Made by a program: the position numbers and the translations under genes. A DNA stretch of 64,000 nucleotides from Bacteroidota bacterium (GTDB lineage: Bacteria > Bacteroidota > Bacteroidia > Chitinophagales > CAIODY01): contig JBJOOR010000006.1 in assembly GCA_046051225.1 (NCBI GenBank), positions 64,161 through 128,160 of the forward strand, given 5' to 3'. The notes below the pieces were generated by a model. It had not been told where the DNA came from. It made no database searches and saw only the letters and a list, made by a program, of their open reading frames with translations. This document shows, piece after piece, positions 57,753 through 64,000 of this stretch (within the stretch, counting starts at the first letter, position 1; every line of letters begins with the position of its first letter).

Positions 57753-58493
57753 CTATTTCTTTTCAAGAATATTTCTAATCACCACACTAGCGCAGTATAA
57801 CCCAAAAATGGCTGGCATATAAGATATAGTGCCAATGAACGAACGTTTTTTGCTTCCTTTTGGGTTGATAGTCATTTCGTCATTTTTCACTAACTCATCC
57901 GAAAATACAGCTTCAAAGCCTTTCCTGATACCAAGCCTATGCAAATATTTTCGTACATCAAATGCTAATGGACAAGTGTGCGTTTCTTCAATCGGTACTA
58001 TTTTTATTCGAGTAGGGTTTAATTTTCTACCAGCTCCCATCGAACTTATCAATGGAATTTTTTTATCCAAACAAGCTTTAATAAAATATACTTTGCTGCT
58101 TAATGTGTCTATACAATCAATGGCATAATCATACTTTGCTGCATCTAATATTTCATGCGTTTTTTCATCTCTAATATAAGCATCATAAATAATTAAATTT
58201 ACATCAGGATTGATGTCTTTAATTCGTTGTGCTAATACTTCTGTTTTTAATTTGCCTTCGGTGCTTCGTAATGCCACCAATTGGCGATTACAATTACTTA
58301 ATTCAACCACATCGGCATCTACAATGGTAATAGTGCCCACACCAGCTCGGGCAATGGCTTCGGCGCAATTGCCCCCAACGCCGCCAAGCCCAGCAACTAA
58401 TACATGAGCATTCATTAATTTCTTAATTTTTGTTGCCCCAATTAATAATTCAGTACGACTCATCCAACTTGGAACCTCTGAAACTTCTTCCAT
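57753..58493 (-). CDS. tcdA: tRNA threonylcarbamoyladenosine dehydratase (ThiF/E1-like)
   Basis: VLVAGLGGVGGNCAEAIARAGVGTITIVDADVVELSNCNRQ. Confidence 0.85.
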   Translation of the reverse strand: MEEVSEVPSWMSRTELLIGATKIKKLMNAHVLVAGLGGVGGNCAEAIARAGVGTITIVDADVVELSNCNRQLVALRSTEGKLKTEVLAQRIKDINPDVNLIIYDAYIRDEKTHEILDAAKYDYAIDCIDTLSSKVYFIKACLDKKIPLISSMGAGRKLNPTRIKIVPIEETHTCPLAFDVRKYLHRLGIRKGFEAVFSDELVKNDEMTINPKGSKKRSFIGTISYMPAIFGLYCASVVIRNILEKK

Positions 58494-58499
58494 TATTTT

Positions 58500-59630
58500 T
58501 TAGTGTTTTTTTAAATCTTCAATAATCCAATTTGCTGTTTTTTCTGATGCTTTGCTTTCGGCTAAAATAGAATTTAGTTTTTTATAATTGTTAATCATAT
58601 TAGTTCTGTAATCAGCATCGTTCAACAATTTATTGCATTCATTGGTTAAATTTTCAACTGTCAAATCATTTTGAATTAATTCTTTTACTACCAATTTATC
58701 CATGATTAAATTTACCAACGATATGTATTTTATTTTTACTAATCGTTTTCCTATTTGATAGCTTATCCAACTTCCTTTGTAGCAAACCACCTGGGGCACT
58801 TGCCATAATGCAGTTTCTAAAGTTGCTGTTCCGCTGGTTACCAATGCGGCATCAGCAGTTTGTAAAAGTTCGTAAGTTCTATTTTCAACAAATGAAATAT
58901 TGTTGGTTTTAATACCTTTCATGGCATCATCATACCATTGTTGATTTGCCGAAGTAGCTTTTGCAACAATAAATTTTGTGGTTGGAAATTTTTGAGCAAC
59001 AGCAGCCATAATAGGCAATTTTACTAGTATTTCTTGCTTTCTGCTGCCAGGCAATAAAGCAACTATCTTTTCAGCATTTGGTGTTGAATTATTATTTTTT
59101 ACATTATCACTAATCACTTCCATTAATGGATGCCCAACGTATTCAACTTCATAATTCCAAGTATCATAAAATGCTTTTTCGAATGGCAATATCACAAACA
59201 TTTTATCTACAAATTGTTTTATTTTTTTTACTCTTCCGCTTTTCCAAGCCCATACCTGTGGCGATATGTAGTAAAATGTTTTAAATTGATGTTGATGAGC
59301 AAATTCGGCTATTTTCAAATTAAATCCAGGGTAATCTACCAATATTACAGCATCTGGTTTCCATTGCAAAATATCAGCTTTGCAAAGCTTCATTTTTTTA
59401 AGAATATAAAACAAATTTTTAAATACTTCCCAAAAACCCATAAAAGCCATGTGCTTATAATGGGTAACCATAAAACCGCCAACGGCTTGCATTTTATCGC
59501 CGCCCCAAAATCTAAAATCAGCCGTAGCATCTTTTAGTTTAATGGCTTTCATTAAATTGCTACCATGCAAATCGCCACTTGCTTCGCCACTAATAATATA
59601 GTATTTCAATTTAGTTTTTTTAGAATGCAA
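58500..59630 (-). CDS. lpxB: lipid-A-disaccharide synthase
   Basis: YYIISGEASGDLHGSNLMKAIK N-terminus and ...TSGTATLETAL motif. Confidence 0.93.
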   Translation of the reverse strand: MHSKKTKLKYYIISGEASGDLHGSNLMKAIKLKDATADFRFWGGDKMQAVGGFMVTHYKHMAFMGFWEVFKNLFYILKKMKLCKADILQWKPDAVILVDYPGFNLKIAEFAHQHQFKTFYYISPQVWAWKSGRVKKIKQFVDKMFVILPFEKAFYDTWNYEVEYVGHPLMEVISDNVKNNNSTPNAEKIVALLPGSRKQEILVKLPIMAAVAQKFPTTKFIVAKATSANQQWYDDAMKGIKTNNISFVENRTYELLQTADAALVTSGTATLETALWQVPQVVCYKGSWISYQIGKRLVKIKYISLVNLIMDKLVVKELIQNDLTVENLTNECNKLLNDADYRTNMINNYKKLNSILAESKASEKTANWIIEDLKKH

Positions 59631-59751
59631 ATGTAGGTTTTAGTAAATCAATTTAGAACGATTAGTAAATGAAGATTATAAAATTGATAGTAATTATTTT
59701 ATTTATTAACGATCAAGTTTACTTACTTTTGCGCTTCAAAATTTTTATAAA

Positions 59752-61374
59752 ATGTTATCAAAAATTCAACCTGTTATCAACGAGCCTGTAAAAGGTTATG
59801 CACCCAACTCACCTGAAAAAATTGCGTTGAAAGCTGCACTGAAAGCGGCTAAGGCAAATGAAGTAGATATTCCGATGTACATCGGAGGCAAAGAAATTCG
59901 TACTAATAATAAGCAAGCCATTCATCCGCCACATGAAATTGCACACACCTTGGGTTATTATCATAAAGGTGATGCAAGCCATGCAAAAGCTGCAGTCGAA
60001 GCGGCTTTGGCAGCAAAAGAAAATTGGGAAAATATTTCTTTAGAAAATCGTGCAGCGATTTTTTTAAAAGCTGCTGATTTGTTGGCGAATAAATATCGTT
60101 ATGAAATGAATGCTGCAACGATGCTTGGGCAAAGCAAAAATTGCTTTCAAGCCGAAATTGATAGTGCTTGCGAATTGATTGACTTCTTGCGTTTCAATGT
60201 GCAGTTTATGTATGAAATGTACAACCAACAACCGTTGAGCGGCGCAGGCATGTGGAACAGAGTTGAGTACAGAGCTTTGGAAGGATTTATTTTGGCAGTT
60301 ACACCATTTAATTTTACAGCCATCGGCGGCAATTTGCCCACCAGTGCAGCCATGTTGGGCAATACAGTAGTTTGGAAATGTGCCAACACACAAATTTATT
60401 CAGCCAATGTAATGATGAAAATTTTGAAAGAAGCTGGATTACCCGATGGTGTTATCAATTTAATTTTTGTCGATGGCGCAACTGTTGGCGATGTTTGCTT
60501 GAATCATCCGATGTTGGCTGGTATTCATTTTACAGGTTCAACTGGCACATTTAATCACATGTGGAAAACGATTGCGAACAACATCGAAATTTATAAATCT
60601 TATCCTCGAATTGTAGGTGAAACTGGCGGCAAAGATTTTGTAATGATTCATTCTTCTGCCAATGCTGATGCAGCAGCTACAGCCCTTGCTCGTGGCGCAT
60701 TTGAATATCAAGGACAAAAATGTTCGGCAGCAAGTCGTGCTTATATTCCATCTAATTTAGCAGATGAAATTTTGAGTAAATTGAAATCACAAATTCAATC
60801 GTTCAAAATGGGAACGACCGAAGATTTCAGCAATTTTATCAATGCTGTGATTGATGAAAAATCATTCGACAGCATTGCGAAATATATTGATGCAGCAAAA
60901 AAATCAGACAAAGCAAAAATAATTGTGGGTGGCAATTACGATAAATCGAAAGGTTATTTTATTGAACCAACAGTGATTCAAACTACTGATGCAGCCTACG
61001 TTTCGATGTGTGAAGAAATTTTCGGACCAGTATTAACAGTATATGTTTATCCCGAAAATGAATTTGAAAAAGCGATGCAAACTTTGGATAACACTTCGCC
61101 TTATGCTTTAACAGGTGCTATCATTGCACAAGATAGAAATGCCGTAGAACTGGCTCTGCGTAGGCTTCGCCACAGTGCTGGTAATTTTTACATCAACGAT
61201 AAACCAACAGGCGCAGTGGTTGGGCAACAACCATTTGGCGGCGGCAGAAAATCTGGCACGAATGATAAAGCTGGTTCAATTTTAAATTTGTATCGTTGGG
61301 TGAGTGCAAGAACAATTAAAGAAACATTCGACCCACCAATGGATTACAAATATTCATTTTTGAGTGAAGCATAA
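59752..61374 (+). CDS. pruA: L-glutamate gamma-semialdehyde (1-pyrroline-5-carboxylate) dehydrogenase
   Basis: Aldehyde dehydrogenase motifs VGETGGKD and EYQGQKCSAASR. The length and N-terminus are typical of PruA. Confidence 0.9.
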   Translation: MLSKIQPVINEPVKGYAPNSPEKIALKAALKAAKANEVDIPMYIGGKEIRTNNKQAIHPPHEIAHTLGYYHKGDASHAKAAVEAALAAKENWENISLENRAAIFLKAADLLANKYRYEMNAATMLGQSKNCFQAEIDSACELIDFLRFNVQFMYEMYNQQPLSGAGMWNRVEYRALEGFILAVTPFNFTAIGGNLPTSAAMLGNTVVWKCANTQIYSANVMMKILKEAGLPDGVINLIFVDGATVGDVCLNHPMLAGIHFTGSTGTFNHMWKTIANNIEIYKSYPRIVGETGGKDFVMIHSSANADAAATALARGAFEYQGQKCSAASRAYIPSNLADEILSKLKSQIQSFKMGTTEDFSNFINAVIDEKSFDSIAKYIDAAKKSDKAKIIVGGNYDKSKGYFIEPTVIQTTDAAYVSMCEEIFGPVLTVYVYPENEFEKAMQTLDNTSPYALTGAIIAQDRNAVELALRRLRHSAGNFYINDKPTGAVVGQQPFGGGRKSGTNDKAGSILNLYRWVSARTIKETFDPPMDYKYSFLSEA

Positions 61375-61405
61375 ATTTTTAATAAAAATAAAATAAATAT
61401 ATACA

Positions 61406-61600
61406 ATGGAAGATTTAGTAAAACAAATTAGTGAGAAAGCAGGCATAAGCGAAGAGCAAGCAAAATTAGCATTAGAAGCTGTTGTGGCTTTTGCAAAAGA
61501 AAAAGTACCACCAGCATTTCAAGGCATGGTTGATGGCTTATTAAAAGGCGAAAAACCATCAGGTATGGGCGGAATGTTAGGCGGATTATTTGGAAAATAA
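61406..61600 (+). CDS. small hypothetical protein
   Basis: 64 aa with a helical N-terminus and a Gly/Met-rich tail (GMGGMLGGLFGK), followed by a strong terminator. Confidence 0.5.
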   Translation: MEDLVKQISEKAGISEEQAKLALEAVVAFAKEKVPPAFQGMVDGLLKGEKPSGMGGMLGGLFGK

Positions 61601-61613
61601 ATTTGTTCGATTG

Positions 61614-61650
61614 AAAAAAGCCGCTCTAAATATATTGGAGCGGCTTTTTT
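61614..61650 (+). terminator. rho-independent terminator
   Basis: aaaaaagccgctc ... gagcggctttttt. Confidence 0.8.
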
Positions 61651-61730
61651 AGTTTTAATGAATAAAAAAAACAAATGGAGTTATAGGTGGTTAGGCTGTA
61701 TTTGGTTAGGTTTGCCAAAAGCTAAATAGC

Positions 61731-62774
61731 ATGAATCATCAGTTTTATATGCAACAATGCATTGATTTGGCATTAAAAGGTATTGGCAATGTAGCACCCA
61801 ATCCTATGGTAGGTGCAGTGTTGGTGCATGATGATAAAATAATTGGCGAAGGATGGCACAGGCAATACGGCGAAGCTCATGCAGAAGTGAATTGCATTAA
61901 TTCGGTTGCTGCCAACCATCAACATTTAATTGCCGAAAGCACCTTGTATGTAAACCTAGAACCGTGCAATCACACTGGCAAAACGCCACCATGTACAGAT
62001 TTTATTCTTCAACATGGTATAAAAAAAATAGTAGTGGGTTGTGTAGATGCCAATCCATTGGTAGGTGGTAAGGGTATAGCTAAATTGAAAACTAATAATT
62101 GCCATGTAGTGTACCCAATTCTAGAAAAAGAAAACATTGAATTAAATAAGCGATTCTTTACTTTTCATCAAAAAAAACGACCTTATATATTTTTAAAATA
62201 TGCTCAAACCAAAGATAGATTTATTGCCGCCGATAATTATAATGCAATAAAAATATCAAACAATTTGGTAGATGAAAAAATGCATGAAATGCGTAGCCAC
62301 GAAGCTGCCATTATGGTGGGCTACAACACAGCTTGGCATGATAATCCAAGACTTACTGCTAGGCTTACTAACAGCACACATCAACCCTTACGAATTGTGA
62401 TAGACAGGCAGAATAAACTACCTGTTTCGCATCATTTATTGAGTGATAAATTAGCTACTTTAATTTTAAATGAAGTGGTAAATAAGCATGAAAATAATAA
62501 GGAATATTTACGGTTAGATTTCAATTATTTGCTGCCCCATTTAATGAACGAACTTTATAAAAGAAATATCAATTCGATGATTGTTGAAGGTGGAGCTATT
62601 TTATTGCAGAATTTTATCAATGAAAATTTATGGGATGAAGCCATTGTGATTACTAATACAGAATTAAGCATTCATCATGGAATAGATGCTCCAATATTAA
62701 TTGCAAAGCCAAACACTTCTATTACAGCTGAAAATAATTGCATTAATTATTTCAGAAATACAAACACCATTTAA
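61731..62774 (+). CDS. ribD: bifunctional riboflavin biosynthesis deaminase/reductase
   Basis: HAEVNCI and LEPCNHTGKTPPC deaminase zinc motifs, with a C-terminal reductase domain. Confidence 0.93.
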   Translation: MNHQFYMQQCIDLALKGIGNVAPNPMVGAVLVHDDKIIGEGWHRQYGEAHAEVNCINSVAANHQHLIAESTLYVNLEPCNHTGKTPPCTDFILQHGIKKIVVGCVDANPLVGGKGIAKLKTNNCHVVYPILEKENIELNKRFFTFHQKKRPYIFLKYAQTKDRFIAADNYNAIKISNNLVDEKMHEMRSHEAAIMVGYNTAWHDNPRLTARLTNSTHQPLRIVIDRQNKLPVSHHLLSDKLATLILNEVVNKHENNKEYLRLDFNYLLPHLMNELYKRNINSMIVEGGAILLQNFINENLWDEAIVITNTELSIHHGIDAPILIAKPNTSITAENNCINYFRNTNTI

Positions 62775-62777
62775 TGA

Positions 62778-64000
62778 ATGAAAAAACTAAATTTATTTGA
62801 TGCCACTTTAATTGTTGCTGGTAGTATGATTGGCAGCGGCATTTTTATTGTAAGTGCCGATATGGCTCGAACTGTTGGTGGCGCAGGTTGGATGCTAATG
62901 CTATGGGTGTTGGCAGGTGTGATGACATTACTTGCAGCCCTTAGCTATGGCGAATTAGCAGGCATGATGCCCAAAGCTGGCGGACAATATACTTACCTAA
63001 AAGAAGCCTATAATCCGTTTGTTGGATTTTTGTATGGTTGGACATTGTTTACCGTAATTCAATGCGGCACAATTGCAGCCGTTGCTGTAGGTTTTTCGAA
63101 ATTTGTAGGTGTGTTTTTTCCATCGTTAAGCGAAAACAATGTGCTGTTCGATTTTTTATTTATAAAAATTACAGGTGCTCAACTATTGGGTATAGCTATG
63201 TTAGCGGTGCTTACTTATTTCAATTCAAAAGGCATACAGTATGGCAAAATAATTTTACGAATATTTACTTCGGCTAAACTAATTGCTTTGTTTGGGTTAG
63301 TAATTTTAGGCTTATTTGTATTTGCCGATAGCCAAATTTGGAACAAAAATCTTACTCACTTTTGGAATGCAGCCTCTTATACCGTTGATAAAAAAACAGG
63401 CTTAGAAAATTTCGAACCTTTATCGAATATTGGGTTATTAATGGCTATGGGTGTAGGTATGGTTGGCTCTTTATTTAGTAGCGATGCTTGGAACAACGTA
63501 ACATTTATTGCTGGCGAAATTGAAAACCCAAAGAAAAACATTCCACGAAGCTTAATCATTGGGGTTTTGATGGTTACAATTATTTATATTTTGGCCAATA
63601 TTGCTTATTTAAAATTGCTACCATTTTTAGGCACAATGGATACTTTATCGGTAAAAGAAATGGGAATTATGTTTGCGCCAAATGATAGAGTAGGGGTATC
63701 GGCAGCCACTATGATGTTTAACGATTGGGGCACTTCTATCATGGCGGTATTAATTATTATTTCAACATTTGCTTGCAATAATGGTTTGGTGATGGCAGGT
63801 GCTAGGGTGTATCAGCAAATGGCTTTAGATGGATTATTTTTTGATAAAATGAAAACCAATAATGCTAATAATGTGCCTTCGTTTGCTTTATGGATTCAGT
63901 TTGTATGGTGCAGTATCTTATGTTTAAGCGGTAAATACAACGACTTGCTAAACTATGTGATTTTTGCCGTTCTTATATTTTATATCTTAACAATTGTGGG
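62778..64000 (+). CDS. APC-family amino acid permease (partial; continues beyond window end)
   Basis: Translated by hand: MKKLNLFDATLIVAGSMIGSGIFIVSADMARTVGGAGWMLMLWVLAGVMTLLAALSYGELAGMMPKAGGQY... The frame stays open to 64000. It is not in the ORF track because there is no stop. The ATG at 62774 hits a stop after 8 codons. Confidence 0.8.
   Translation, partial: MKKLNLFDATLIVAGSMIGSGIFIVSADMARTVGGAGWMLMLWVLAGVMTLLAALSYGELAGMMPKAGGQYTYLKEAYNPFVGFLYGWTLFTVIQCGTIAAVAVGFSKFVGVFFPSLSENNVLFDFLFIKITGAQLLGIAMLAVLTYFNSKGIQYGKIILRIFTSAKLIALFGLVILGLFVFADSQIWNKNLTHFWNAASYTVDKKTGLENFEPLSNIGLLMAMGVGMVGSLFSSDAWNNVTFIAGEIENPKKNIPRSLIIGVLMVTIIYILANIAYLKLLPFLGTMDTLSVKEMGIMFAPNDRVGVSAATMMFNDWGTSIMAVLIIISTFACNNGLVMAGARVYQQMALDGLFFDKMKTNNANNVPSFALWIQFVWCSILCLSGKYNDLLNYVIFAVLIFYILTIV

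Noticed and set aside
61651-61730. FMN riboswitch upstream of ribD (and upstream of ribE at ~30.5 kb).
   Set aside because: The ribD leader is only ~80 nt and lacks the conserved FMN-element helices. ribE follows the preceding gene by 1 nt, leaving no room for a leader.

Overview
AT-rich chromosomal segment, most likely from a Bacteroidota (Flavobacteriia/Sphingobacteriia-like) genome. Supporting evidence: several proteins with T9SS C-terminal sorting domains, a PorP/SprF protein, BshC, and TAnnTTTG-type promoter boxes. Most of the window is ordinary housekeeping content: ileS, mscL, cmk, trhO, an ABC-F ATPase, trxB, murQ, ribE, gyrA, purF, bshC, cphA, tcdA, lpxB, pruA, ribD, glycosyltransferases and permeases. 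No rRNA, tRNA or CRISPR was recognised.

The stand-out signal is two co-directional arrays of small-gene cassettes, one on the plus strand (12.1-16.7 kb) and one on the minus strand (35.4-38.6 kb). Both share the same architecture:
- a head made of a 20-21-bp tandem-repeat tract (14 and about 17 units);
- then unrelated small genes for membrane, lipoprotein or secreted proteins;
- each transcription unit preceded by a copy of one GC-enriched repeat family, carrying a Bacteroidetes -7 box (TAnnTTTG), a TTGGCGGCAA box and imperfect inverted repeats.

The second array is bracketed by about 71-bp direct repeats of the gyrA terminator region, as expected for an insertion. No recombinase is present in the window. 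The logic resembles integrons or the recombinase-associated immunity-gene arrays of Bacteroidales, but I cannot assign it to a described system.

Other notable points:
- a 634-bp single-gene insertion into the 3' end of cphA, with a 54-bp direct repeat and an orphaned ancestral C-terminus;
- tandem M43-like metalloprotease paralogs, one with HDxxH in place of HExxH, sharing a 104-bp identical 3' end;
- a histone-H1-like Lys/Ala/Pro repeat fused to a DksA/TraR domain;
- a dihydroorotase-like protein with degenerate active-site motifs.

All calls come from reading the sequence and the ORF translations. No database search was run.
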